Assembly (NCBI RefSeq): GCF_009914755.1
Contig: NC_060940.1
Source of the DNA: the human T2T-CHM13v2.0 reference genome, Homo sapiens
Direction: 5' to 3' (one strand)
DNA length: 64,000 nucleotides
Positions 30,768 to 47,323 of this stretch are shown here, one piece after another. Under the pieces are notes generated by a model. That model was given only the letters and a program-made list of their open reading frames with translations, was not told the DNA's origin and ran no database searches. Made by a program: the position numbers and the translations under genes. Each line of letters opens with the position of its first letter. Within the stretch, counting starts at the first letter, position 1.

Positions 30768-31080
30768 AGCTGGGGCATGGTGGCTCACTCCTGTAATCTC
30801 AGCACTTTGGGAGCCTGAGGCAAGAAGATCGCTTGAGGGTAGAAGTTTGAGACCAGACTGGACAACATAGTGAGACCCTAATCTCTACAAAAAAAATTAA
30901 AAATTCGCCAGGTGCACTAGGTCACCCCTGCTGTCCTGACTACTCAGGAGGCTAAGGTGGGAGGATCACTTGAGCCCAGCAGGTAGAGGCTGCAGTAAGC
31001 AGTGATCATGCCACTGCACCCCACCCTGGGCGACTGAGCGAGACTCTGTCTCAAAAAAAGAAAGAAAGAAAGAAAGAAAG
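30768..31080 (+). mobile_element. AluJ-like with (GAAA)n tail
   Basis: Dimer sequence. Confidence 0.88.
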
Positions 31081-31404
31081 TGTTTCCACACTTTTAAAGT
31101 ACTTCAAGTCTTATTTGATCCTCATGACAAGCCAACAAGTTAATCCTTTTACAAAGGAAACTAGAGCCTGGGATGTGACAGCAGTTGCCGAAGGTGATGT
31201 GGTTAGCTCATGACAAAGCCTGACCTGCTGCTTATCCCTCCCATCTGTGGGCTGGAGGGGAGGCAACTTCACCAGCCACACAGTTGAGGGTTTCTTGTGC
31301 TTGCCTGAATCACGACCAGCGAGGAACTTCTGAGAACCACAGATCCTGGGCCTCCACCTGCAGAGATTCTAATGGGATGATGCTTGGGCATCCCACATTG
31401 TTTC

Positions 31405-31405
<1 letters not shown>

Positions 31406-31437
<32 letters not shown>

Positions 31438-31657
31438 AGACAGGGTCTCACTCTGTCTACTCACTGCAAGCTCTGCCTCCTGGATTCATGCCATTCTCCT
31501 GCCTCAGCCTCCCGAGTAGCTGGGACTACAGGTGCCCATCACCACGCCCAGCTAATTTTTTTTGTATTTTTTTAGTAGAGACGGGGTTTCACCGTGTTAG
31601 CCAGGATGGTCGCGATCTCCTGACCTCGTGATCCGCCCGCCTCGGCCTCCCAAAGTG
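31406..31657 (-). mobile_element. AluY-like, internally deleted and 5'-truncated, with (TG)n at the tail position
   Basis: AluY diagnostics ttcaccgtgttagccaggatggtc and tgacctcgtgatccgcccgcc. Confidence 0.85.
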
Positions 31658-31747
31658 GAAAACACGTTCAATGAGAAGTGTTCTCCTGGAATGCTTTCCC
31701 TTCCTTGTCTTGAGGGTTACTTCTCAGAATGCATTTCATTCATTCAT

Positions 31748-32025
31748 AATTGACCAGTAAAATTGTATACATTTATCATGTGCAACATGTTGTTCTGAAA
31801 TATGCATACATTGTGGAATGGCTAAGTTGAGTTAATTAACATATTTATTGTCTCACATACTTATTTTTTTATGGTAAAAACACTTAAAAATCCCTCTTAG
31901 CAATTTTCAAGAATACAATAGATTGTTATTAACTATGGTTACTGTGTTACACGATAAGTCTCTTGAATTTATTCCTGCTACTTAACTGAAATTTTGTATC
32001 CTGTAATCAACATCTCTGCATTTCT
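31748..32025 (-). mobile_element. L1M 3'-end fragment
   Basis: taaaattgtatacatttatcatg...gcaattttcaagaatacaata...tctcttgaatttattcct...aactgaaattttgtatcc. Confidence 0.75.
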
Positions 32026-32736
32026 GATTTTGGAATAGAAATCAAAGTGGGAGATAGAGATCAAGAAACAAACATTCACTTTATAGCCAAGTTTGCTCAA
32101 ATACCCTTTTTGAGTTAAACAAGCAATAACTGAATTATAAAACATTCTAGGATTAGTTAACATTTTGAGGGCATAATATGTGAAAGCCACCGAGTATCTC
32201 ATTCATCCTCACATAACTTCATGATATAGAGATTATAGAAGTTAAGTAACTTCTCCTGTGGTCAGACAGCCAACCGGTAGACAGCAGTCAGGATTCAAAG
32301 TCAGACTGCCTAACCCTCAGACCTCAGCCTTTAGCCTTTGCTGTATTACCTCTTAACCTCTGACATGGTTAGTTTTACATCCCTGCATACTGAAAGATGG
32401 ACAATCACATAGCTCTTCTAGACTTTTCCATGTTCTTGCAGTTTGGGAATATGAATTAAAAACTTCACAACCATATATACCATATGATACACCAATTCTA
32501 CATCTAGGAGTTTATCTTAAGGAAATACTTGGACAGATGTCCAAATGTCTAATTACAAGAATATATGTTACAGCATTGGAAGAAACCTAATCAACTGGAA
32601 ATTTATAAGATAGATTTTGGTATATCCATTCAACGGAATGCTATGCACAGATAAAAATTGATTATGTTCATATACAAATATTAAATTAGCAAGGAAAACT
32701 TAAGTGAATAACTGGCTTTATTAAAGATCTATTGCC

Positions 32737-33018
32737 CATAATCCCAGTGCTTTGGGAGGCCAAGATGGGAGCTTTGCTTGAGTTTGAGATCAGTCTGGGC
32801 AATATAGAGAGACCCCATCCCTACAAAAAATTAAATAATTAGCATGGTGGTGAGCACCTGTAGTCCCAACTACACAGGAGGCTGAGGTGCGAGGATTGCT
32901 TGAGCCCAGGAGGCCAAGGCTGTGAGCTGTGAGCTATGATCTCACCACTGCACTCCAGCCTGGGTGACAAAAAGAGACACTATCTCAAAAAAAAAAGAAA
33001 AGAAAAAAAGAAAAAAAA
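32737..33018 (+). mobile_element. AluJ-like
   Basis: Dimer plus A-rich tail. Confidence 0.85.
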
Positions 33019-33642
33019 TCGTCCAAATACTAAAGTGTTTATGTAAAGCACACACATACACACAGAGTTTAATATGTATTCAGAGAAAAGAGTATGGAAT
33101 GAAGTAGACCAAATATTAGTCATAATTTTTCTCTTAATAAAGGATTATGGGTGATTTTCATGTTATTATCTCAGCTGAGCTATCTTTTATAAAGAAATAT
33201 TAAAATAGTGACAAATGTTGTTATCTCTTAAACGTTTTTATGTTTAATTATGTTTTAAAAACATGTAACGTAAAATTTACTATTTTAACCAGTTCTAAGT
33301 ATACAATTTAGTAGTGTTAAGTATATTTACATTATTGTGTAAATGTTGTAACTTTTACAGAGGAGTAAAGACAGTTTTTCCTTTTAAAAATTCCATGCTC
33401 ACTGTTTTGAAAATAATAATAACAATACACCTTACTTAGTGCTTCGAAAAGGCAATGTGACAGCCACAGGTGTTTGCCCAGCTGCAGGTGCCTCTGCAAA
33501 GCATGTCTGTCATTCCCTGAATAGCTAATATAAAGAAACAGTTCAGGTGGGCACTGGCCTTCTTGTAAAAGAAGAGTGAAATCTGTCTCCAGAAGAAACA
33601 TGAACTGCAAACCTCCCTGATAGGGTGCCTTCTCTTTTCTAG

Positions 33643-33735
<93 letters not shown>

Positions 33736-33991
33736 TAAGTGATCGATAAGAGAAGTCCTCCCTACCCCCATCCACATGGTTTCTTTAGGAGAATGCATGT
33801 TTGGTAACAGCTCATAAATTGGAACCTCTATGACTTTCCCGGCCTTGGGGTCATACAAGTCTGTGGTCATTTGAAAGCCTGGGTGTGTGGCTTCACTGTG
33901 GGCCCCAGGGAGGAGGGTCTGCCAGTTGAGGGGAGCTAGGGGGAGGGTTCAAGCAGGGATTCTTCTCCTCCCACCCTCCCCTGTCATACAG

Positions 33992-34099
33992 GCACCCTTT
34001 GAAGGGGAGGATGAAGATGAACTCTTCCAATCCATCATGGAACACAACGTAGCCTATCCCAAGTCTATGTCCAAGGAAGCTGTGGCCATCTGCAAAGGG
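33992..34099 (+). CDS. PRKCB: PRKCB coding exon (about exon 15), [36 protein letters not shown]
   Basis: ctgtcatacag|GCA ... AAA GGG|gtaagt. 108 nt. Follows a short 268-nt intron. Confidence 0.98.
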
Positions 34100-36175
34100 G
34101 TAAGTGCATCTCTTAAAGCTGTGACCAGGACCACCACATAAAGGCATGTGGGCTGTACCTTGCCCAAGAACACCCCACCAGGGGGGAACACAGCCTGAAC
34201 TCCACCCTTCACTCCATTTGCCAATATGAGAACCCTGATGTGGAGCTGCTACCTCCCGGAGGAGAGAGAGCTTTTTTTCTGATTTGCACAGAAGTGCTGT
34301 AGAGAGCTGCCTGCAGCTGCGTCTTGCTGCTGGCTGGGCTGCAGTCTCTGAACCAGCACAGGGGAATGCTTATTGAATGAATGAGGTAGAAAGCACAGAG
34401 ATTTTGTCAAAGAGCTGGAAGTCATGGGAAAGGGCACAAGAGGTCTTTTGCACAACTCAGGCTATCTTGCCCTGCTCTGCTGTATGTGTTTAGTTAATAC
34501 TAAGAGCGTGCAACTTTTGTTCTAAAAAATACCACGCCGTGTTGAGGTTAAGGAATTCTCTAGATAAGCAGACTGAAATTCAATGTACTCAAAATCCCAC
34601 TGTCTCCTCTCCCCAGACACACACACAAATGGCTAAAAGGGCATGCACGCTTGGACATCTACGGTTTATGCACAGGGCACCTGTGAAGAAAGCAGGATGT
34701 GTGTTTATGGGGAAGGATTGTTTGTTTTGCATCTTGTGTTGGACCAGGGCATACTCACAGTGACTTCTGTGAGATCCTAAAGATCAGCGACCCTCACCTT
34801 TGGAGCCATCAGGATAACCCGAAGTGCCTTACCAGAATGCACATGCTTCTGCCTTACCCCAGAGATTAAGTCTGGGTATGAGTATTTTGGAAAAGTCTCC
34901 ATTTGGCTTGCAGACCACTGCCTTTAAAAATACTGTCCAAATGAAGTGATTTTTCAACTCTGATGGAAGCCTGAAAGCAATAGAATTAGACGCCCAGAAA
35001 ATATGTTCTACACATAATATACTAATAAAGGATTTGCTCTCCCTCCACCCAGTGGTACAGGTTAGAACATGGCCGTGCCTTAATCAGTGGGTTCCCACCT
35101 GTGTGTCTGAATAAACCAGGGCTGCCAGTCCTAGATCTGTGGGATGCTTGCAGACTTTTCATGCCCTACTTTGTTCTTCCTGACCCCAGCCAGATGCTGG
35201 ATGCACTGTCTTGGGTGAAGGAAAGCTGGGAAACTCAGGCAGGCCAATCTGAGGCTTGGCCCAGTTTGGAATAGCTGGGCCAGCCTCTCAGCCTAAAAGC
35301 GCCTTGTCACACTGCCTAAATTCCCACTCTCAATGAATCACCTAAGGTTTGCACCTCAGCTGCATAGGCTAAGATGCATGTATCCCTGGGGAAACCACCT
35401 GTGAATTAGTCTCAATCCCGAACATCTAAAGTGAATTGCTTGAAAATATTTTCTTTGAGGGTGTGAGGCAGGGAGAAAGAAAGTGAAGAATAGAGAGGGG
35501 AGTCCCAGAGGTGCATTAGGAACCCAAGCAAAGCCCATAAAGAAAAAAAAGGCACACACGAAGGCCTCCACAGGCCCCCGTAGACAAGTTATTGAAGGGT
35601 GGGGGCGGGTAGAGAGAAGGTGGTACCTGGAGCTTTTAGTTTGTTTAATAATTACCAGCATATAAGGATCCAGAGATTTCTCAAAAACATTCAGCTTTCA
35701 GGTTTCTCTTGAAAAATCAGATCTTGCCACATTGGCCTGTCATTCTTACAAAGCACCAGTCAGCTGGATTGGAAACCATGGCCCTCTGTAGTTGGAGCTT
35801 GCCCTCTGTAATTCTCAGACGTTCTCATTTGGCCAATTCTCTCCAAGTTCAAATCCTGGTTCAGGCATTAATTGCCGCAGGACCTTGGGGAAGTTGTTTG
35901 ACGGCATCTGCAGATTGGGGATAATAATAGCACTCCACATTGGGTTCTTTGATGACTAAACAGCTGAATACTGTAAATCACTTAGAATAGAGGCTGGCAC
36001 TCTGCTCCAAGCCCCTTGGAAGTTATTATTACTATTACTAGTGCTGACGCTATTGTGTTATCTGCCAGGTTCCTCTTGGCATTTGAGTTTGCATCCCCTG
36101 GAATTGCAACTTTTAAAGTAGGGGATTTTGGAGATCAAGGGACCCTTTGCAAATCTTGACCCTTCTACTTTCTAG

Positions 36176-36466
<291 letters not shown>

Positions 36467-37889
36467 TGAGAGCATTAAATGAGATAACATAAGAGAAAGC
36501 TCCTTGCATGATGTGGGCACATAGTAGGTGTTTAATACATCCACAGGGTCCTCCCCTTCACACGCCCGCCCTGCCTGGACAGCTGGGGGTTCTAAATGGG
36601 TCATGGAGGAAAGAGCATTTTCCAGGTCAGCTGCCTTCAGCTCCTGCTCCAATTAGCAGTTTCCCTGGTAGAGCCGTTTTCTATTAATTCAGGACCCATA
36701 ACCTTCATGATTAACTGGGGTGACTCTCTTACTATTGAGTTTGGGGACCATTATTAATTGAGTGGGCTGAGTCCAATGGGGCTCTTCCTTCAAGGAGGGT
36801 ACTCCAAAAACGAGTGATGCTCAAGCAAACAGCCAAATGCTTCCTCTGGAACAGCGAGCCCCAGGGGATACGTCTGGGAGGTGATCAGAGATTGGAACAG
36901 TGATTAAATCCAGCTGTCTACATGGCTTCGGGCACATTAGAGCAGAGTGCGGGAACTGGGCAGAGACTCCGAATTAATGCTGGATGTTTTTGCAGTACCT
37001 TTTCTTTGCTTGGCATCCTCCTGCTTAGACAGAAATTCAGTTGAGCTTTTGAAAACAGTCACCTGTTTAATTGAAGCAGTGTCCTTTATATGTCCATTCC
37101 CTTAAAGGCCCGATTTTCTACTAAAAAAAAAAAATTAGTAAAACCTTACTCAGATGGCTATTCCCACTTTGAACAAACTTGAAGCAAACAGAAGCCCAAA
37201 TAGACAGGACCTTAGGGTGAAAACCAGCAGACACTGAACAGCTGAGACTGAACATAAAGCTATAAGAGTCCTGAGCCAGGCAGAGCTGTTCAAAGCCTTG
37301 CCCTGCTCCTTAGCTGTTTGACCTTAGGCAGATGACTTTACTTCTCTGCACCCACATCCTTTACCTGGAAAATGGGGGATAATAGTTGCTGAGGCCTTAG
37401 AGTATTGTTGCAAAGTTTAAAGAGTAATGGGTAATGGCCGGGAAGCCTTTAGCACGGAGCCTGAACGCATATGATGTTGTCATACTCAGTACACGGAAGC
37501 CGTTATTGATGTTATTATCAGTGTGAACCAAAACCTCACTGCCCTTTCTTTCCTCCCATCCTAATCTTACACAAATGTCAAGCCTTGGCTCAATTTCCTC
37601 ACCCTCCATAAACCTCTCCTGACAAAGCCAGGCCACAAAAATTCCTGAGAAAACCACGTGTGAAATGCACTCCCATTTTTCTTAAAAGCCCAAGTTTTAG
37701 AGCTAGGCAGAGGTGGAGTCTGCACCCAGCTCTTACTGACTCTACCACTTCCTCTCTGGAGTCCTTACTGTTCCTCAACTTCTCTGAGTGTTCATTGCCT
37801 TTTTATTCAAATGGGAAAAATAGTATACTCACCTCATTGGGTTATTATGATGATCAGGGAAGCTCATGCATGTAAATAAAGAAGTAGCA

Positions 37890-38253
<364 letters not shown>

Positions 38254-39009
38254 TTATATGACAAGTACATGCTTGTGTGTGAGACCACAAATTATCTTGC
38301 GAGGGGGCAACAGGCTGAGTGACTGTCCAACAGTGTAGGAATGAATTTCTGGGTTCATTCCTTCCCCATCATCAGCAAGTCCTGGGCAGAAGATTCTGCC
38401 ATCATGGGCTTCTCAATGTGATGTCAACTCTGGAAAGCTTTTGGACTTGTATGCTTCTTTCTTTTTTTTTAATTAATCACCAACTCTTCTGTCTTTACTC
38501 CCTGTGCATTTGCTCAAGTCTTGAGATCAGAGATATTTTCATGCTGCTTTGGACTCATTTACAAGAGGAAGCCTGTCTGGTTTCATCTTGGCGCATCTAT
38601 TCATCTTGTTATTTAGCACTCAGAGACCCAAAGATGGAGGGTTTTGATAATTAAGTAATTTAAACGGAACACCAAAGAAACCTCAGCGGCTTTGTGTGTA
38701 ATGTATGATACAAGGGAAATGAGCTGGGCTAGGTTTTGACTATTTAATGGGCTTTCAGAAAGTAATTACTTGAAACTTGGGCCCCTTTGACTAATACTTT
38801 TTCTTCTGTTTTGTCATTTTTGCAAGTGCTTTACTGAGAAATGCAAATGGTATCTGAATGAATGTAGCCTTTGCTTTTGTCAAACTCCAGTTTTCTTGTT
38901 GTGGGAGGAGGGAAGTTTGAAGATATTGAAACTGTCCTAATTAAATGCACTGGTAATTGCACAAAACTTATTCTTAAACCAAAATGGATAAATGGATCAT
39001 GTGGCATTT

Positions 39010-39347
39010 ATTTTTTTCTTTCTGTTTTTTTTTTTTTGGTTGTTTTTTTGGTTTTGTTTTTTTTTTTTGAGATGGAGTCTCTCTCTGTCGCCAGACTGTA
39101 GAGTGCAGTGGCGCGATCTCAGCTCACTGCAACCTCCGCTTCCCGGGTTCAACAATTCTCCTGCCTCAGCCTCCCAAGTAGCTGGGACTACAGGTGTGTG
39201 CCACCATACCCAGCTAATTTTTGTATTTTTAGTAGAGACAGGGTTTCACCATGTTGGCCAGGATGGTCTCAATCTCTTGACCTTGTGATTCGCCCGCCTA
39301 GGCCTCCCAAAGTGCTGGGATTACAGGTGTGAGCCACTGTGCCTGGC
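39010..39347 (-). mobile_element. AluSc-like
   Basis: Long T-rich tail; TSD tcatgtggcattt. Confidence 0.9.
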
Positions 39348-39585
39348 CCTCATGTGGCATTTCTAACTTGAAGTTCACGGCCACATTCAGGCTTCGTTTT
39401 GATTAACCATAACAGATGATTGGCAGTGGGTCCTATTATCAGGTCCTCTCCTGCAAATTCCTGGCTGGGATTTTTTGCTGGGATAAAAAGCAAAAAACAA
39501 AAATGAGTTGAGATTCTTCATTTGCGCTTTCTTTCCTAATGCATTGGAGTAATAATTTCTGAGTGTCTTACATTTCCTCTTCTGA

Positions 39586-39948
<363 letters not shown>

Positions 39949-41199
39949 TAGTCTCTATAAAGATGGAAACGACGATGCCTATTGAATTTTTGTTTCTTCG
40001 ATTCAATTATTGTAACTGTCTTAGCTGACAACTTTCTGAGAATGGTTCTTGGGTGAGCAGAGTTCAGATCCATTTTTGGACTGTGATAAAGGATCTAATT
40101 TTGCCCTCATTCTTTCTCTTGGTTCAACTGTGTCATTTTTTCTTCATACTGACATTGAAAAGGTCATGTTGTTTATCTCAACAGTATTTAAATTTAATTC
40201 TGAAACATACACTATGTCTGAGTCAGTAAATAAGATGGCAGTTCAGCAGCCAGCTCCCACCCAAGGCAAAACAGAGTGAAGCAGAGACTGAAGTCCTCTT
40301 GAACTGAAGACCCCCTCCGGGAGGGTTTGGGTGTGGAGATGGCTTTGACATAAGTTTTATAATGCAAGAATAAAACTCTCACATTTCCCACAGTCCATGT
40401 ACCAACAGGAAGGTTTTCTATCCCCAAAGACTCAGCAGGAAGTACTTGTCGGCATCAGGAAAGAAGAGTTTACACCTGAATTAATCAAACTGTTATTCTG
40501 CTGGGAGGATATTTCCTTGTGAAATTAAATAGAGGGCAGACTTGGTGACTCAATGATGGGTTGTAAAACTACTGACTGAGGCTGAAGAGTGAACATAAAC
40601 ACCATCATTGAAACCTAACGTTGTAAGGGTTTGAGTGTTAAGATGAAGAAGATAATAATGGTAGTTATTTTGATACTAGTATTGTTATTCATTTCTTGAG
40701 CACTTACGTGCTAGGCACGTAATGATAATAGTTTTGACATCAGAGGGTTGTTATGATGCATAAAGCACTTTGTACAAGCCTGGTACAGAGGAGGCACTCA
40801 CAGAGAGCTGATCATGGTTTTCGTTAGCTGTGTCATACATTAATTAATGTCCCGGTGTAGAGTCTTTGAGGGGCAGAATCCTGCTGCTGCTATTCCTTAA
40901 GATAACATCTGTGTGTACATTGGGGTCGAAGAGGGCCCCACATGTCATGAGCAGCATCACAGCTTTTATGGGACCATTTGGAAAAAGATGAAAAGGTAAC
41001 CTGGAAAGGAAGAGTGAGCTCTTTGTTCAGGAAACAGGGAACTCAGAGGTGAGATGCATAACTCATATGGTTTTTGTGGGGTTATTTATGAGATCTTGAA
41101 ATGTGGACCTCCCTTTCCTCTCTTGGCCAGATGCACACGCTCCCATCCCCACCAGCATAGAACCCAGCGGACATCTGGGGGTCATGTTATAGCTGTAGT

Positions 41200-41414
41200 G
41201 CAGTGGTTTGCAAAGTGTGCTGTCTATCAGTATGCAGTATCAGTATGCAGTGTCAGAGCCAGCGGTATTGACATCTCCTGAGCACTTTAGGAATGAAGTT
41301 CTTGGTCTCCACCCCAGACCTCCTGAATCAGACACTCTAGGTGTGGGGCCCAGTGTTCTGTGTTTAATAGGCTCTCCAGGTGACTTGATGAGCTCTCAAG
41401 GTTGAGAATCACTG
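41200..41414. mobile_element. MER5A-like hAT-Charlie DNA transposon
   Basis: cagtggtttgcaaagtgtg...cccagacctcctgaatcagacactctaggtgtggggccc...gagaatcactg, with terminal inverted repeats. Confidence 0.8.
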
Positions 41415-41492
41415 CTGTGGAGTTTGGCATTAGGAGCTCAGCCAGGGAAGCTAGGCAGAGACCAGAGGGAGGTAGCATGGAGAATCATCTCC

Positions 41493-42149
<657 letters not shown>

Positions 42150-42204
42150 TTAAGTGGAAGACACTGGTCCTCCTTCTAGTCAGGGCATGGGGTGATGGCT
42201 TCCA

Positions 42205-43007
<803 letters not shown>

Positions 43008-43356
43008 GGGTAGTGATGGTTCAAAGTCAGGTTGCTATTTAGCCAGCATCTGTTAGCAATGGTTATTTACAACCAGAGTCCATTTTGACCGGTTAAATAT
43101 TTTGAATAGCCCTGCTAAGCAGTAATGAATATAAGAGGTCTAGCCTCGTGCCTGGCTCATAGAAAGCACTCAGGAAAAGGTAGCTGTTATTATCATTGAT
43201 AATATAAAAAGATTACAATACTTAGTCATTATCAACGAGATCCCTCAACTGTTCTGCATTTGATATGATTTCCCACTGACCTGTGTCTTGAATTCCTCCA
43301 TGTGGGTTTAACAATGACTTTCAAAGTACAGTGATCAGGCTGTGCTACATACTTCA

Positions 43357-43830
<474 letters not shown>

Positions 43831-46800
43831 TTATATTTCTCCTTCCTCACCCCTTCTTAACTGTCTGCCACTTCCAAAAGGCCCATGGTGAGCGTGTGCA
43901 GAGTTCCATGTGCCTTGTGGGATGTGAAAAGGCATGCATGTATCTGTCAGCGTTTCTGATTCATGCATGCTATTAAATAGAGTGTGGTGAGAGAAAAAAC
44001 AAGGAACAATAACAGAGGATTATGTTCAAACATCAGTGAAGGGTGCTATTATTGGAGGTTCATTAAAATAACTTTAAATGGGTTTTTCTAAGTTGTTCTC
44101 AATGCCATCTTTTATTGTGGCAAGGAGCTGTTCACAGAGCATTGTTTGAAACTGTATTGAAATACACTAGATTTGGTGTATTGTTGCAGGGAACAAGAGT
44201 CATTTCTTTTTTAATGTTCGCCTGGTTGTGTGTTGCTTTTGCTTTAAAACACCCAAATGGCTCTCTGTTGCCCCAGTCTCGTATCTATTGCTCCTTGGCA
44301 TATATGGCTTTTGAGGTCTTCCAGTGCTAGATCTCTGTCCTCTTCCTAGCTTTAGCTCCTGACTCCAAGAACAGCATTCCTGGGCTTCTTTCAGTCCCTC
44401 AAACATGCAGTGCCTTGTTTTCCCTTGCCTGCTTCATCTGTGCAGAGCCATGCACCTGGGATGCCCGAAGCCCTTTCCTATGCTCTCACCAGCCCCCTGA
44501 TCCCCACCGTGCCTTGCCTTTTCCCCCTCATCAAATCAGTAGAACATCAACCGCTCAGGGAGGCTCTTGTTGATTCCTGAGTAGATATCTGCTACTGTCC
44601 CATCAAGAAATTCATCACAGGCTGTAATAACATGTTCAATCTCATGCCTGTCTTTTTGACTACTTTAAGATTGTGACTTTCTCTGTGTCAAATCCCAGTG
44701 CCTAGCATAGGGTTTAGCACATTATAGGTGCTCAGGAATTCTTACTGAATGAGTGAATGGCCATAGAACAAGATGCTGTAACACAGTGTGCTGTGGAACA
44801 TAAAGGAGTCTTTTGGGATATATATTAGAGTGCATGGTGTTTTTCTTATGTACAGCAGGGTATCGCAAATAAATTGGTTGTTGTGTAAGTTACTACCCTA
44901 TTTATAAAGGACTATAATTTGGCTGCTGATTTTGCAAACTGTCATGGCATCGTGTGGTTTTGCAGTGTGTGCTGGGAGAGGGTGCTGGTGAAGGATCTGA
45001 AGAGGCAATGCATTGAATCACAGGACTTTGGGTAGAGAGATCTGCAGCTTCCTGCAGCCTAACCTTGCACAGTCCAATCCAGTGTTACAGATGCCATGAT
45101 GTAGCCCTGCAGAGTGTCTTAAATTTTAATGTGCATGCACGAGTCACCTGGGTATCTGGCTAAAATTCTTACTCAGCCAGTCTGCGGTGGGGTTTCAGAT
45201 TCTGCATTTCTCACAAGCTCCCAGGGGATAGGACACTGTGGGGCCAGGGACTCCACCTTTATGTAGCAGGGGCTAGAACTCAGTGCTGCAGGGTGCAGCA
45301 GGCCTGTGAGTTGATTGGCAGAACCTGTTGTAGCAGTGCAGTAGGTAGACCCTGTGTAGTAAGGACTGTAGTGAAGGGGTATATACAGTTAAGTATAGAA
45401 TGTTCTGGTGAAGTTATTGTTCAGGGCACACAGCAGGCTGTTGCTGGCCAGCATGTGGTAGGAGGAAGGTGGTGGTTTGGGTACTAAAGGGCAGACTCTG
45501 TCGCTGAGTGCATGATGGAGCAGTGGCTTGGGAAGAAGCGTGTGCTGGTTCTGTCCTCTGGTGGGGATGTTGTCAGATATTGAGTTATCCATTCAGTGGG
45601 TGATGAGGTTAGGTAATGTTCTAGGTGATGGAAACATAGCACTAAAAATAATTAACATCCCTGCCTTCATGGAGCTTATATTCTAGGGAGAGTGGGCAAA
45701 ATAATAAACATAGAAACAAGTAAAATATACGATGTGTCAGAAGTTGATAAACATTATGCAGGAAGCTGAAGTAGGGATGGAGATTGGAAGAGCCAGGTCA
45801 GGGAGATGTCCTTATGATAGAGTAGGTGGAGAAAATGACGTTTCAGCAAATACAGGAAGAAGATGAGGGAGGTGGGAGCCATGTATATATCTGGGTGAGG
45901 GGGGAGAGTGATTTGGTTGGTAGTAGCAGATGCAAAGGCCCTGAGGCAGGAGCTTGCCTGGCATGGTCAAGGGAGAGCAAGGAGTGCAGGTGCCTGAGCC
46001 AAGGGGTTGAGGGAGAAAGGAAAAGGGGGTGTGAGATCAGAGAGGCCAAAGGAAAGCACAGGCCACTGAAGGATCTTTGGCTTTTACACCAACTCATGAG
46101 CCAAGAAATAACATGTTCTGACTTTGGGTTTTTAAAGGATCCCTCTGAGTGCTGCAGGGACAAGGGTGAAATCAGGGAGACTGGTTGAGACTCTTGCCAT
46201 AATCCAGGCAAAAGGTGATAGGAGCTTGGGCAGGTTGGGGCTGTTTGAGAACCCCCAAGTTGGCATCCTCAGGTCCTCCCCAGTTCCTGGCATCTTGTAG
46301 GCACTCAGTCATTGTCTCATGGAGACATGAAGGCGCTGATGAACATGAGTCCCTGCAGACTGCCCACATGATTGCTCCTCAAGTATAAAACATGGTAGCC
46401 AAGAGTTTGGTCCCAGTAGCAATAGGATGAATGAATGAAATAGATGGTCAGGAAAGCTTCTGTGATACAGAGCGCTGGCTTGCAGGGCATAGAGCAGGAG
46501 GACATGGTTGTGCTCTTGGTTGGACTTCCTCCTGTCCATCCTGTTGCAAAGAATGTAGTGATATCGGAGGGTGCAGTGGCTGAGGGCTGTACCCAGGGAG
46601 TTGCTTTGTGTCTGGGTGATCCAGCTCAGAATTTTGCTGACTTGTAGCAAAAGGTGCATTGAGCCTTTGGCATGGATGAGCATATTTTATTGCAGAAGTG
46701 GTAGTACATGGAGCTATAATGTCACAGGACAAGATATGCTAGGTAATATGTTCACATTGAAATGCCTAATGGAGAGTTTGGTGGCATTCATGTATTGTCA

Positions 46801-47228
46801 CGAATTGGCTTAATGAAGTCCTGTCACTCTTCCTCTGAAAGGCTCCCATAGTGTCCATAACACCTAATGAAGGGCTTACTGTGAAAACTGGGTAGGGGGA
46901 TGAGCCCAGGGTACAAGGATTCAGCCGCCTCAGAAGACAACCCAGGTAGCAGCATAGAAGCAGTGAGGTGAAGAGGAAGAGAAAGCTAAGTAGGCTTCAT
47001 TAGAGTCCTTGGAGTCTTTTCTGCTTTTTATTTATTTGTTTTTTCATTGTTTTTAATTAATTGCCCAGGCTGGTGTCAAAATCCTGGCCTCAAGTGATCC
47101 TCCCACCTCTGCCTCTGAAAGTGCTGGGGGTTACAGGCGTGAGCCACTGTGCCTGGCACCTGTGGAGTCTTAAGCGCTAAAGTGTGTGTACAATGATCTG
47201 CCCAGTAGTAAACATGGCTCTAGTATTC

Positions 47229-47323
47229 TTTTAAAATATTATCAATCAGATCATCAATTGTTCTAAAATATGGTCAACCAGATTGTCAAGTGTTCTAAAA
47301 TATGATGCATCTGATCGTCAATG
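47229..47323. repeat. Degenerate 32-bp tandem repeat, about 3 copies
   Basis: ttttaaaatattatcaatcagatcatcaattg / ttctaaaatatggtcaaccagattgtcaagtg / ttctaaaatatgatgcatctgatcgtcaatg. Confidence 0.8.

Noticed and set aside
47229-47323. CRISPR-like 32-bp periodicity
   Set aside because: Contiguous degenerate tandem units without unique spacers, in eukaryotic intron DNA with no cas genes.
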